Assembly: GCA_026985515.1 (NCBI GenBank)
Contig: JALSQH010000157.1
Span: 1-36,228 of the forward strand
Source of the DNA: a bacterium
GTDB lineage: Bacteria; JALSQH01
DNA: 36,228 nt
Direction: 5' to 3'
The position numbers and the translations under genes are program-made. The notes under the pieces are model-generated. The model was not told the origin of the DNA. It ran no database searches and saw nothing but the letters and a program-made list of their open reading frames with translations. Positions 1 through 10,393 of this stretch are shown here, one piece after another (position 1 is the stretch's first letter; each line of letters opens with the position of its first letter).

Positions 1-2
1 AT

Positions 3-644
3 GATACTCTGAAGGAGAAGCTTGCCCTTGTCCACTTCTATGGATACACACTTTTTAACAGGTTACCTGAAAATTCAACTGTCCTTATTAAATTGAACAA
101 CGGAGCTCCCCTTATTGTGGAGAGCGAAATGGGGAGGGGAAAGGTTCTCTACTATCTCTCAACTGTTGACGATGAGTGGACAGATTTTCCCTTTAAGACT
201 GCTTTCCTTCCCCTCTGGTATCTGCTTCTCAACCGCTTATTTGCAGGGAAAATTTCAATTAATGGTGCGCAATTCTCTTCAGGAAGTAATGTAATTTTTA
301 CCTCTGCTTCTCCCTTTTCCATTGAAGTAAGAAAGCCAGATGGCACTATAAAAAAAGTCGTGGCTGAAAAGGGAGCGGGAGGATATAAAGCTCTTTTCGC
401 TGAAACTGATCAGCCCGGTATATACCATGTATTTCAGAGTGGGAAACCACTCCCTGAACTGAATTTTGCAGTAAACATACCTCCCGAGGAGAGTTTCACC
501 TGCTATTATAAATCAGAGGAACTCAGGGGAAAAGGAGGTACCGGTAAAATTTTTGTAAAGAGCAGGAAGGATCTCTCACCTTATATTTTGTTGATTCTTA
601 TTTTACTGATTTTTTCAGAAGGAGCGGTAAATAAATGGATGTAA
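3..644 (+). CDS. 5'-partial BatA/vWA-associated membrane protein (C-terminal part)
   Basis: Frame is open from the window edge (DTLKEKLALVHFYG...) into the listed ORF. Motifs GRGKVLYYLSTVDDEWTDFP and PGIYHV...FAVNIPPEES plus a C-terminal TM helix are typical of BatA-domain proteins next to DUF4159. Confidence 0.6.
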   Translation, partial: DTLKEKLALVHFYGYTLFNRLPENSTVLIKLNNGAPLIVESEMGRGKVLYYLSTVDDEWTDFPFKTAFLPLWYLLLNRLFAGKISINGAQFSSGSNVIFTSASPFSIEVRKPDGTIKKVVAEKGAGGYKALFAETDQPGIYHVFQSGKPLPELNFAVNIPPEESFTCYYKSEELRGKGGTGKIFVKSRKDLSPYILLILILLIFSEGAVNKWM

Positions 645-1474
645 GATTTAAGCTCACAGGTCTGATAGTGGCGGTTTTGCTGTTAACATCCTTCGGTGAT
701 GCTTCCCTTTTCCACCTCAGGTTTTTGAAATTGCCCGGGATGAAAATCCCTTTTGAGAAGGGGGATTATAAGTTTTTCCTTCTGGATCTGAAGAGGAGAA
801 CCAATGTTGAACCTGCTCCCCTGAGTGATATTGTTACACTCCAGAGCAGGAAACTTTTCGACCAGCCTTTTTTGATTATTTACGGATGCAATTCTTTTCC
901 CCCTCTGACGGATGAGGAGAGACAGAGATTAAGGCTGTTTCTCCAGTCTGGTGGATTTATTTTTATTGATAGCTGTGACACGGATGATCTCACAGATTTC
1001 AACAGGGAGATAAAGGATGAATTTTTAAAGATTCTACCAGGAAGAAAATGGAAGAGAGTTAAACCTGATCATGTTATTTTCCAGAGTTTTTATCTTCTTG
1101 ATGCTCCTACCGGAAGGGTGGAGAGGTATCCATATTTTGAGAAAATCGATTCATGGGGAAGAACTGTTGTCCTTTTTTCTGGAAATGATCTTATGGGTGC
1201 ACTGCGCCAGGATGTTTTTGGTAATTATATTGAGGACCTTGAACCCGGGTGGAGTTTGCAGAGGGATTTCTGCATAAGGACATTGATAAACATCATCTTT
1301 TACGCCCTCACTGGAACCTATAAAAAAGATCAGTTGCATGCTCCATACATTCTGGAAAGAAGGCAGAGAAGGGGGTTTTATCAGAAGTGGATCAATGAAA
1401 TGATGAATGATGTCAACAGAAGGCAGAAGAAGTTTAAAAAATTGCAGAAGTCCAGGAGGAATCGGAAGAGGTGA
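635..1474 (+). CDS. DUF4159 domain-containing protein
   Basis: Signal-like N-terminus; PFLIIYG..FPPLTDEERQRLRLFLQSGGFIFIDSC, HVIFQSFYLLD and YALTGTYKKDQLH match DUF4159. Confidence 0.85.
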   Translation: MDVRFKLTGLIVAVLLLTSFGDASLFHLRFLKLPGMKIPFEKGDYKFFLLDLKRRTNVEPAPLSDIVTLQSRKLFDQPFLIIYGCNSFPPLTDEERQRLRLFLQSGGFIFIDSCDTDDLTDFNREIKDEFLKILPGRKWKRVKPDHVIFQSFYLLDAPTGRVERYPYFEKIDSWGRTVVLFSGNDLMGALRQDVFGNYIEDLEPGWSLQRDFCIRTLINIIFYALTGTYKKDQLHAPYILERRQRRGFYQKWINEMMNDVNRRQKKFKKLQKSRRNRKR

Positions 1475-3723
1475 AGTGGATTCTCTATTTACTCACTGGT
1501 CTTTCTGAGAGGATTTATCCAGAGTTTGATATTGAATTTATCGCCCCCCACTGGCTTTTGATAATTGCGATTCTCCTTGTCTCAGCGTATCTTCTCTTTA
1601 TGGTTCTTGAAATGAAAGAGTCAGGACTTAAAGGTGGCAGGAAGCTGACCATTTTGTTTCTTTCTCTCTCTGTTGCAATACTGTTTTTATTCATTGCAGC
1701 ACTACCCCAGGCCACATTTTACAGAGTAAAAATGAAGAATTTAAATGCTCTTTTCCTGCTTGATGAGTCGCTGAGCATGAAGTTGCCTGCTGATGGTGGG
1801 AGCAGGTGTGAGTGGGTGAGAGATTTTATTATGGAGAGAAAGAGTACAATAAAAGATCTCAATCGCTACTTTTCCATTGACTTCTACGGATGGGGGGATG
1901 ATGAAACATTTCTTGGAAGAATAAAAAGAGGAAATTACAGTTTCTCCTCTCTTAAAAAAATTCTTGATAATTACAGATGTCATGAGAGAAGGTCTGATCT
2001 TCTCGGGGCATTATCTAAAGTATCTGTCAGTAAGAAATATTCATGGGTCGTTGTACTGACAGATGGTGTTGTGGATGAGAAGGTTCATTCTTCTATTCCC
2101 CTTTATGTGGTTTATCCTCCGGAATCAAAAATGGAGGATATTTCCATAACTGGAATTGATGTACCGGAACTTGCATATGTTCGTTCACCGGTGGATGTTA
2201 AATTGAAAGTTTATTCAGGTTTTGAAAATATGGTGAAGAGGGTTTTGAATATCTATGAGGATGGAAAACTGATAAAAAGTCAGATACTCAATATTTCACC
2301 AGGAGAGGATAAGTATCAGGTTGAATTAAGACCCAACTTTACAGGACAGCACATTTACACCTTTCTCATTTCCCCGGATGGGGAAAAATTTCCTCAGAAT
2401 AACTCTTCTTCGATTATTTTAAATGTTCTCCTTGATAAAATAAGGGTTCTTCACATAGTTGGAAGACCAACATGGGATAGCAGATTTCTCAGACTCTACC
2501 TGAAGAATGACCCGAGAATTGATCTTGTTTCCTTTACGATTTTGAGGTCAAACAACGATGATCCCATGGCCAGTGAGGATGAGTTGAGTCTGATTCCCTT
2601 TCCTGCGGAAACTCTTTTCTCAGATGAATTAAACAATTTTGATGTTCTGATCCTTCAGAATTTTGATTATGCCTCCTATTTTATGTTTTACACCTTTGAG
2701 CTGCTTCGCAGTATTAAGAAATTTGTGGTTGAGAGAGGAGGTGGTCTTGTACTTGTTGGTGGAGAACTTTCTTTTTCTGAAGGAGATTATCAGAATACAC
2801 CCATTGATGAGGTGATGCCTGTAAGAATTTTACCTTACCACAATGAAATTTATCCAGGAAAGGTAAAGCTTCAATTGACTGAGGAAGGGGCAATGAGTCC
2901 CATTACTTCTCTGGGCCTCTCTCCTGAGGATGCAAAAAATCTCTGGAATTCTCTGAAACCTGTTGATGGAGAGAACCTTGTGGGTGGACTGAGGAAAAAT
3001 TCAGTTCCCCTTTTAGTTGATAGAAAATCCGGAAATGTCGTGGTTGCTGCAAGAAATGTAGGCAGGGGCCGAACACTCTCCATCGCCACTGATTCTCTCT
3101 GGGAAATGGCTTTCAGAAATCCGGAGAGGGAGGATTTGAGGAGAGGGTATTTTCAGTTCTGGAAGAGAGCAATAAGATGGCTGATAAAGGATGAATCCTT
3201 CAAGCAGATAAGGGTTACCCTGAATCCCACCATTGCTTTTCCGGGAGAATCGGTGAAAATCACGATAAGAGCTTTTCAGAGTGACTTTAAACCTATCCAG
3301 AGGAAAGATCTTCAGGTGCGTGTGGTGAAGAGAAACAATAAAAAAATTGAACATCCTGAACTCTCAGGTAGCAATGGAATATATTCATCAATTGTGACCT
3401 TCACCACCCCGGGTTCATACATTGTTACTGTCTCATTTTCAAGGGGAAGCATTACAATAGGTGACTCTGCACTGGAACTGGTAAAGGATCCATACGCAGA
3501 GGAAATAAGAAAGGTCAGGATAGATAAAAGCAGAATTTCAGGAAGAGAGATTTCTTCCCTTGATCCTGATCTGTTGATGAGAAAGGTTATATTCTCCCCT
3601 TCAAGCAGGATGATAGTTGGTGAGAAGGTTGTTCCTCTCTGGGATAAAATGGTATTGTTGCTTCTTCTTTCTCTGTTATTCATCTTTCTCTGGGGCGTGA
3701 GAAGGAGGAGCGGGTTTCTATGA
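1471..3723 (+). CDS. Membrane protein with vWA-like, Ig-like and class I glutamine amidotransferase-like domains
   Basis: N-terminal TMs; MIDAS-like LLDESLSM and VVVLTDG; VERGGGLVLVGGELSF and GRGRTLSIATDSLW (GATase1-like); C-terminal PLWD+TM+RRR. GTGA overlap with the upstream gene. Confidence 0.75.
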   Translation: MKWILYLLTGLSERIYPEFDIEFIAPHWLLIIAILLVSAYLLFMVLEMKESGLKGGRKLTILFLSLSVAILFLFIAALPQATFYRVKMKNLNALFLLDESLSMKLPADGGSRCEWVRDFIMERKSTIKDLNRYFSIDFYGWGDDETFLGRIKRGNYSFSSLKKILDNYRCHERRSDLLGALSKVSVSKKYSWVVVLTDGVVDEKVHSSIPLYVVYPPESKMEDISITGIDVPELAYVRSPVDVKLKVYSGFENMVKRVLNIYEDGKLIKSQILNISPGEDKYQVELRPNFTGQHIYTFLISPDGEKFPQNNSSSIILNVLLDKIRVLHIVGRPTWDSRFLRLYLKNDPRIDLVSFTILRSNNDDPMASEDELSLIPFPAETLFSDELNNFDVLILQNFDYASYFMFYTFELLRSIKKFVVERGGGLVLVGGELSFSEGDYQNTPIDEVMPVRILPYHNEIYPGKVKLQLTEEGAMSPITSLGLSPEDAKNLWNSLKPVDGENLVGGLRKNSVPLLVDRKSGNVVVAARNVGRGRTLSIATDSLWEMAFRNPEREDLRRGYFQFWKRAIRWLIKDESFKQIRVTLNPTIAFPGESVKITIRAFQSDFKPIQRKDLQVRVVKRNNKKIEHPELSGSNGIYSSIVTFTTPGSYIVTVSFSRGSITIGDSALELVKDPYAEEIRKVRIDKSRISGREISSLDPDLLMRKVIFSPSSRMIVGEKVVPLWDKMVLLLLLSLLFIFLWGVRRRSGFL

Positions 3724-4880
3724 ATCTGTCATTCGTTCTCATTCTCGTTTTTATTTTTGTTGTTGCCGGCATATCTTCTTATGTTGTAAAAAAGGGAGTT
3801 TCTCCAGGTATTCTTGAACTGGTCATTATTCTTGCAGGCTTCACCTTTGCCCTCCCATTTCTGGGGATTGTGGATTCTTCCATTATTGCAGAAATGGAAC
3901 CACTTTTTCTGATGGCTTTTGCATGGATAGGAATTCTGGTGGGACTTCAACTCAACTGGAAGATTTTAAAAAGATTTTCCCCTTTTTTCTATCTATTTAC
4001 GGTTTCAGAATACTTTGTTTCGAGTTTTTTTGTAATTGCAGGTTTGCTTTTGCTGAGAAGGTGGAATAGCATTCCTGAACTATCCATGTTTACTATTCTT
4101 ACCATCGGGATTGTTTCTTCCGTTTCTTCTCCCTTTTATATTTTTTCCGCTTCCGGAAGGGAGAAAATTTACGATTATGTTAAATTTGCTGGAAGTATGG
4201 ATGGTGTACTTGGCATTCTCCTCTTTCAGATTCTTTTCCTCCTTAAAATGCCTATTACTATCTATTCCTCAGGAAATTTTACTCTTTCTCAGTACACCCT
4301 GTTTGTTTTTTCCATTTCACTTCTTGTTGGGCTTCTGTTTTACTGGAGCACTTCCCTGAGGTTGAAGAGGCATGAGTACACTCTTCTTGCCATTGGTTTT
4401 GCTCTGGTTACAGGTGGTTCCGCAGGCATTAACCTCTTTTCACCTGCTTTTACAGGACTGATGGTGGGTTTGATTCTTGCAAATCTTTCTTCCCGCAATT
4501 TTATTCTCAACAATGTGTTCAGTGCTGGGGAAAGACCGGTTTTTTTTCTTTTTCTTTTTGTGGCAGGGATGGTGTTGAATTTTTCAGGTGATTTTTTACA
4601 TCCTTTTTTATCATCGCTTGTCGTTGTGGTATTCCGACTTGGTGGAAAGCTTTTAACTTCAGGTATATTTCTTCGAATTGCAGGCTTCAGAAAAAATCTT
4701 CTTGATGTATCTTCTCTTCTCCTTCCTGAGGGTGGAATTGCTCTCATACTTGCAGCCAATTATCTCCTCTTCTTTCCAGACAGGAATTCCTACTTTCTCT
4801 TTTCTATGATAGTTATGACTTATGTTTTAAACCAGCTTCTCGCAATTTACCTGAACAGAGGTATCAGGGTGAGAATATGA
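3720..4880 (+). CDS. Cation:proton antiporter-like membrane protein (divergent)
   Basis: About 12 TM segments; WIGILVGLQLN, SVSSP, ERPVFFLFLFVAG and PEGGIALILA resemble the Na+/H+ exchanger fold. Confidence 0.65.
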   Translation: MNLSFVLILVFIFVVAGISSYVVKKGVSPGILELVIILAGFTFALPFLGIVDSSIIAEMEPLFLMAFAWIGILVGLQLNWKILKRFSPFFYLFTVSEYFVSSFFVIAGLLLLRRWNSIPELSMFTILTIGIVSSVSSPFYIFSASGREKIYDYVKFAGSMDGVLGILLFQILFLLKMPITIYSSGNFTLSQYTLFVFSISLLVGLLFYWSTSLRLKRHEYTLLAIGFALVTGGSAGINLFSPAFTGLMVGLILANLSSRNFILNNVFSAGERPVFFLFLFVAGMVLNFSGDFLHPFLSSLVVVVFRLGGKLLTSGIFLRIAGFRKNLLDVSSLLLPEGGIALILAANYLLFFPDRNSYFLFSMIVMTYVLNQLLAIYLNRGIRVRI

Positions 4881-6097
4881 GAAAGAAGTTTTTTATCCTT
4901 GTAACTCTTTTTATCTTTGCTCTTTTTCTCAGGGAACTCTACAGTATAGGTTTTCATCCATTGTTTCCATCTGCCCTTTTTACGCTGCTGAGTGGTTTTG
5001 CCATACTTGCTGCCTTTTTCGCGGGGCAAATATTTTCCAGTTTCTCCTTTCCCACCATAGTGGGTTATCTTTTTGTAGGGATATTGTTCGGTCCAGGGGT
5101 GATGCATATTTTTTCACACGGAGATATAAAAAATCTTGAGTTTATAACGCAACTTGCTCTTGGACTCATAACGATTTCAGCGGGAAGGGAACTTTCCATT
5201 ACTTCCATAAAAAGTAATCTGATGGTGATATCAAGAACTATTTTAATACACCTCCTCCTAATCCCGGCCATTATGGGAATCTTTATTTACCTTTATTTCA
5301 AGACAGGTGTTGTTGTGGCAATTCTCGTTGGATTGATACTCACAACTTCTTCTCCTGCTGTTCCAATGGCTCTGATAAGTGAATATGAACTTGAGGGAAG
5401 ATTTCCCATTCTTGTTCTTTCAATCCTCATAATGAGAGATATCCTTATAATTTTTATCTTTGCTGCCCTTGGATCAATTGTAACAGGGGGAGGGTGGAAC
5501 TCAATTCTGTGGATAGTTGCTTCTCTCCTGCTGGGGTTCTTCTCAGGATGGCTTTATTCATCTCTTTTGAAATATATGGGGAAATACTCCTTTGTTTTTC
5601 TTCTCTTCTTTTTGCTTGTGATTTATGAAATTTCTCTTGATCTCCCATTTAACTACATTGTGGCAACAGTTTTCTTTGGTTTTTCAGTTGAAAATCTGTC
5701 AAAAAAAGGAGATGAGCTGCTTGAGGTGATTGAGAAGGGTTCTCTACCCCTCTACACAATCTTTTTCAGTCTGGCAGGCGCCTCTCTTGAAATAGATGTT
5801 ATCTTGAAAATTGGATTTATTGCTGCCCTTATCGTTCTCATAAGGGTAATTCTTCTCTTTGTTGCTACCTATTTTGCACTCAAAAAAGAGACATTGAAGT
5901 ATTATTTGTTCACCGGTTTTGTCCCTCAGGCAGGAGTGAGCATAGGGCTGGCGGTGATTTTTGAAAAAATGTTTCCACAGTTTGGAGTAATTGCAGGTCT
6001 GGTAGTTGCTTCTGCAGTAATTAATGAGATACTTGGTCCATTTTTCTTTAAATGGGGTGTCAGCAAGGCTTTATCTGAGAATGTCAGCAATGTGTAG
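4877..6097 (+). CDS. Cation:proton antiporter (CPA family)
   Basis: PTIVGYLFVGILFGP, TTSSPAV, FFSLAGASL, PQAGVSIGLA and INEILGP motifs. Confidence 0.85.
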   Translation: MRKKFFILVTLFIFALFLRELYSIGFHPLFPSALFTLLSGFAILAAFFAGQIFSSFSFPTIVGYLFVGILFGPGVMHIFSHGDIKNLEFITQLALGLITISAGRELSITSIKSNLMVISRTILIHLLLIPAIMGIFIYLYFKTGVVVAILVGLILTTSSPAVPMALISEYELEGRFPILVLSILIMRDILIIFIFAALGSIVTGGGWNSILWIVASLLLGFFSGWLYSSLLKYMGKYSFVFLLFFLLVIYEISLDLPFNYIVATVFFGFSVENLSKKGDELLEVIEKGSLPLYTIFFSLAGASLEIDVILKIGFIAALIVLIRVILLFVATYFALKKETLKYYLFTGFVPQAGVSIGLAVIFEKMFPQFGVIAGLVVASAVINEILGPFFFKWGVSKALSENVSNV

Positions 6098-7783
6098 TTC
6101 TATCTCTTTAAATCCGTTGTAGGTGTTAATGTGGGGGGTGTAAATTATCTCCACTTTGCTTTCCTCAGGTGGTGTGTCTCCCTTCCACCTGAAAGCAATT
6201 GCTGAAAAGCGTTTTCCATCTTCATCTTCAAGAATAAGTTTCAGGTGGTTGCCGGTGGATGTCATGTATCTTTTCTGGACCGTCAGATTCCTTGCCCTGA
6301 AAAGCGGCTCAGGATTTCCTTCACCGTAAGGCTGGAGAAGATTTATCCCTTCCATTAATTCCATACTCAACCTGGAAGGCTGAAGATCGAAATCGTAAGT
6401 TTCAACAATCTCCAGATCCCTTCCTATTCGGGAAACAACCTCTTCAATTCTTTCAATCAACAGGGGAATCTTTTCCTCTTCAATGGTTAAACCTGCTGCC
6501 ATACTGTGCCCACCATAGCTTATAAAGAGGTCTTCCATCTCTTTAAGCACAGAAAACAGATGAATCCCTGGTAATGATCGTCCTGAACCCACAGTTACAT
6601 CTCCCTTGTTTCCAAGTATGAAGGTGGGTTTTCTGAATCTTTCAGCGAGTCTTGAAGCCACCAGTCCTATTATGCCCGGATGCCACTCCGGATTGTAAAG
6701 GACCAGTGTTTTTCTCCCTTCTGCATCTCCTGAGGATGAGTAGTGTTCAAGGGCCTCCTTTTCTATGAGTCTTTCAAGCTCCTGTCTCTCTCTGTTTCTC
6801 TTTTCCAGTTCCCTTGCAATCACGATTCCCTCTTCAAGATTTTCTGAGATGAGCAGACGGAATGGTAGTTCTGTGTCTCCCAGTCTCGCCGAGGCGTTGA
6901 GTCGGGGTGCAATAATAAAACCAACTGTGTAGGGAGTTATCCTGCTGTTTTCAATCCCCGCCACTTTTTTCAATGCCACAAGCCCGGGTCTTTTTGTATC
7001 CTCCAGGACTTCAAGCCCCTTTTTAACAAAAATCCTGTTTGCACCTGTAAGAGGTACAATGTCCGCTATTGTTCCCAGGGCAACCAGATCAAGATACTTT
7101 TTTAGATTGGGCTCTTCTCTTCTTCTGAAGAAACCTGTTCTTCTCAGATAGCTTCTCAATCCTATTACAAAGTAGTAGGCAACTCCAACTCCTGCCAGTT
7201 CCCTTGATGGGAAGGAGCAACCCTTTCTGTTAGGATTGAGAAGGGCAAAAGCCGGGGGAACTCTATCACCAATCTGGTGGTGATCAGTTATTATGACATC
7301 CATTCCATGTGATTGGGCAAACTCAACTTCTCTGTAACTCGATGAACCACAATCCACAGTTATCAGAACGGTGACTCCCTTTTCATATAACACCTTTACA
7401 GCTTCCATTGAGAGGCCATAAGTGTCCGTTATTCTGTTTGGGAGTATGTAGGAAACATTTCTTGCTCCCACCTCTTTTAGAAATAAGTAAAGGAGAGCGG
7501 TACTCGTTATACCATCAACATCGTAGTCACCATGAATGGCAATTTTTTCTTCATTTACAATTGCCCTTGCCACTCTTTTTACAGCTTTTTCCATCTCTCT
7601 GAAGAGGAAGGGATCTGGAAGATCCCTTAGGGAAGGTGAGAGAAATATTTTTGCCTCTTCCGTCGTGGAAATTCCCCGGGCTGATAGCAGCATTCCTATT
7701 TCCCGGGGTAAATTGAGTTCTGTTGAAATCCTCAGTGAAGCGTCCGGGTCAAAGTTTCTTCTGACCCATTTCTTGTCCGTCAA
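6071..7783 (-). CDS. recJ: ssDNA-specific exonuclease RecJ
   Basis: GDYDVDGITS, ITVDCG, IITDHH, LGTIADIVPL, APRLNA, GSGRS and GGHSMAAG (DHH/DHHA1 motifs). Confidence 0.97.
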   Translation of the reverse strand: MTDKKWVRRNFDPDASLRISTELNLPREIGMLLSARGISTTEEAKIFLSPSLRDLPDPFLFREMEKAVKRVARAIVNEEKIAIHGDYDVDGITSTALLYLFLKEVGARNVSYILPNRITDTYGLSMEAVKVLYEKGVTVLITVDCGSSSYREVEFAQSHGMDVIITDHHQIGDRVPPAFALLNPNRKGCSFPSRELAGVGVAYYFVIGLRSYLRRTGFFRRREEPNLKKYLDLVALGTIADIVPLTGANRIFVKKGLEVLEDTKRPGLVALKKVAGIENSRITPYTVGFIIAPRLNASARLGDTELPFRLLISENLEEGIVIARELEKRNRERQELERLIEKEALEHYSSSGDAEGRKTLVLYNPEWHPGIIGLVASRLAERFRKPTFILGNKGDVTVGSGRSLPGIHLFSVLKEMEDLFISYGGHSMAAGLTIEEEKIPLLIERIEEVVSRIGRDLEIVETYDFDLQPSRLSMELMEGINLLQPYGEGNPEPLFRARNLTVQKRYMTSTGNHLKLILEDEDGKRFSAIAFRWKGDTPPEESKVEIIYTPHINTYNGFKEIELHIADILR

Positions 7784-8712
7784 CTCCTCCCCTTCTTTTT
7801 TCTTTTCCTGGTGTAGCTATCCCAGGCAAGAACGAGTGGACTTGCGACGAAAATTGAAGAGTAGGTACCTATTACGATTCCAATGAAAAGAGCAAGGGCA
7901 AAGTCCCTGATTATGTCTCCACCCAGAACCAGAAGGGCAATTACCACCAGCAGAGTGGTCAGAGATGTGAGGACTGTTCTCGAAAGGGTTTCACTTATGC
8001 TGATATTCATGATCTCCGCCAGATCCTTCACTTTGTCTTTAAGCTTTCTCATATTTTCTCTTATTCTGTCAAAAACCACAATTGTGTCGTTGAGGGAGTA
8101 TCCAACAATTGTGAGGAGTGCAGCAATCGTCGTTAAATTGAACTCCCTGTGGAGAATGTTCATCATTCCTGCAGTTATTGTGACATCGTGAACAAGGGCA
8201 AGAACTGCTCCCACAGCAAAACTGAACTCAAATCTGAGTGCAATATATATGAGAATACCGATAAGGGCAAATAAGATGGCTTCAATACCTTTTCTCCTGA
8301 GTTCAGCTCCAACCTTGGGTCCGATTGATTCCTCCCTGAGAATTTTGAAGGAATTTTTCCCAAATTTTTTCTCCAGAGCCTCACTTACAATGTTACTGAC
8401 GCCCTTTTTTAGACTTGAACTTGTCTTCTCAACCCTTACAAGAAAGGAATTTGCCCCCATTTCTCCAAATCTCTGAATGGATACATCACCAAGATGGAGA
8501 GACTCTATGGTTTTTCTCAATTCAGATATTTTCACATTCCTGTTGAACTTTATGTGCAGTTCAGTCCCGCCTGCAAAATCAATACCAAGGTTCAGTCCGA
8601 AGAAGAAGGAAATTATGGAAATGACGATAAGGGTTCCGGAAAAGAGATAGGCAAACCTCCGGTAATTGAGAAACCTTATAATCGTTCCCGGTTTGATAAA
8701 TTCAAGTGGCAT
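7780..8712 (-). CDS. secF: Protein translocase subunit SecF
   Basis: LNLGIDFAGG, IGPKVGAEL, GYSLNDTIVVFDRIREN, GTYSSIFVASP. Confidence 0.97.
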   Translation of the reverse strand: MPLEFIKPGTIIRFLNYRRFAYLFSGTLIVISIISFFFGLNLGIDFAGGTELHIKFNRNVKISELRKTIESLHLGDVSIQRFGEMGANSFLVRVEKTSSSLKKGVSNIVSEALEKKFGKNSFKILREESIGPKVGAELRRKGIEAILFALIGILIYIALRFEFSFAVGAVLALVHDVTITAGMMNILHREFNLTTIAALLTIVGYSLNDTIVVFDRIRENMRKLKDKVKDLAEIMNISISETLSRTVLTSLTTLLVVIALLVLGGDIIRDFALALFIGIVIGTYSSIFVASPLVLAWDSYTRKRKKKGRS

Positions 8713-8727
8713 TTTATCCTCCTGCTA

Positions 8728-10380
8728 CTATATACTGATGGTCTGAGGAGATGCTCTTTTTTCCAGTATGAATTCCTGAATGGCTCTCGTAACAAAGATG
8801 GCTGTGTACATGGATGTTATTATTCCTATGGAGAGTGTCACAGCAAAGCCCTTGACCGGTCCTGAACCAAACTGGAAAAGAACGATGGCGGCGATGAGAG
8901 TGGTCACATTGGCATCCAAAATTGTGATTACTGCTCTGCTGTAACCTGCATCGATTGCCGCTCTTGGAGTTTTACCAGCCCTCAGTTCCTCCCTGATTCT
9001 TTCAAATATGATAATGTTCGCATCCACTGCCATACCTATGGTGAGAACAATACCTGCAATACCCGGAAGCGTCAGAGTTGCCTGAAAGGCAGCCAGAATT
9101 GCAAGCATGAAGATTAAATTGAGGATCAGGGCAAAGTCGGCTATTATTCCACTTACACCATAGTAAATTGCCATGAATACTACCACTAAAATTCCTCCAA
9201 CAATCGTGGCCATGATGCCTCTTCTTATGGAGTCCTCACCAAGTGAAGGACCAACTGTCCATTTCTGGAGAATCTTAACCGGTGCAGGAAGTGCACCTGC
9301 TCTAAGGACTATTGCCAGCTCTCTCGCCTCATCCCATGTAAAATTACCGGTTATCTGGGCTCTGCCACCCGGGATTCTCTCCCTTATGACAGGAGCAGAG
9401 TAGACTGTATTATCCAGAACTATGGCAAGTCTCTTACCCACATACTCACCTGTAATCTGTGCAAACAGGTCAGCACCATCTGAGGTGAATTCAATCGCCA
9501 CATATGGTTCATTAAACTGATAATTTTCCCTGACCCTTGCATCACTTACCATATCCCCCGTGAGGAGAGGAGTCTTCTTGAGAAGGAGAGGAATTCTTGT
9601 TACATAACCCGTTTCTCTGTCGACTCTCCTTTCAAATAGTACCTCATCATCATCGGGTATTTTCCCCTTCAGAAGCCTGTTTAGTAAGACAGGATCATCT
9701 TTTGCCTTGGGATTTTCCTTTATGGCTTCATCAACGAGTTTCTGAATGTTGATTTTTTTCATGTTTTCATCATCAACTAATTTGAATTCAAGCCTTGCTG
9801 TTTTTCCAATGAGGTCAATTGCCTGCTGTGGATTTTTAATCCCGGGGAGTTGAACTGCGATCCTGTCTTCTCCCTGTCTCTGGATGGAAGGTTCCGCCAC
9901 ACCAAACTGGTCAATTCTGTTTCTGATTGTTTCAAGGCTCTGTTCAACAGCCATATTTTTTATTTCTCTGATTTCCCTCTGGGTGAGCGTTGCAATGAGA
10001 GTGAATTTATCATTTTCAATTTTAGTGTCAACAACTTTCAGTCTGACATCTGAAATCTTTGCTTTTAATTCATCTTCCTTGGATAGTGGCACGCTTATGG
10101 CGATTTTCAAACCGGGAAGAATTTTCGTCTGAAGTTCAGGGATATCCTTTTTCAGCCGCTGGGCTCTGTTTTCGAGAGTCGTTTCCACAGCCTTGTCAGA
10201 TTCTACCTCAAGAACCAGGTACATACCTCCCTTGAGGTCAAGGCCCAGATTTATCTTCTGATCAGGCAGAAGTCCTTTCCACCACTCAGGAACACCGGAA
10301 AAAGATGGAAGAATCAGAATGAATGAAATTATCAGGAGAATAGCAAGAATAATAAATTGAACCCTGGGGTTAACCTTCAT
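8728..10380 (-). CDS. secD: Protein translocase subunit SecD
   Basis: LGLDLKGG, IRNRIDQFGVAEP, LRAGALPAP, GMAVDANIIIFERIREE. Confidence 0.97.
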   Translation of the reverse strand: MKVNPRVQFIILAILLIISFILILPSFSGVPEWWKGLLPDQKINLGLDLKGGMYLVLEVESDKAVETTLENRAQRLKKDIPELQTKILPGLKIAISVPLSKEDELKAKISDVRLKVVDTKIENDKFTLIATLTQREIREIKNMAVEQSLETIRNRIDQFGVAEPSIQRQGEDRIAVQLPGIKNPQQAIDLIGKTARLEFKLVDDENMKKINIQKLVDEAIKENPKAKDDPVLLNRLLKGKIPDDDEVLFERRVDRETGYVTRIPLLLKKTPLLTGDMVSDARVRENYQFNEPYVAIEFTSDGADLFAQITGEYVGKRLAIVLDNTVYSAPVIRERIPGGRAQITGNFTWDEARELAIVLRAGALPAPVKILQKWTVGPSLGEDSIRRGIMATIVGGILVVVFMAIYYGVSGIIADFALILNLIFMLAILAAFQATLTLPGIAGIVLTIGMAVDANIIIFERIREELRAGKTPRAAIDAGYSRAVITILDANVTTLIAAIVLFQFGSGPVKGFAVTLSIGIITSMYTAIFVTRAIQEFILEKRASPQTISI

Positions 10381-10393
10381 CTTTTACTCCTGT

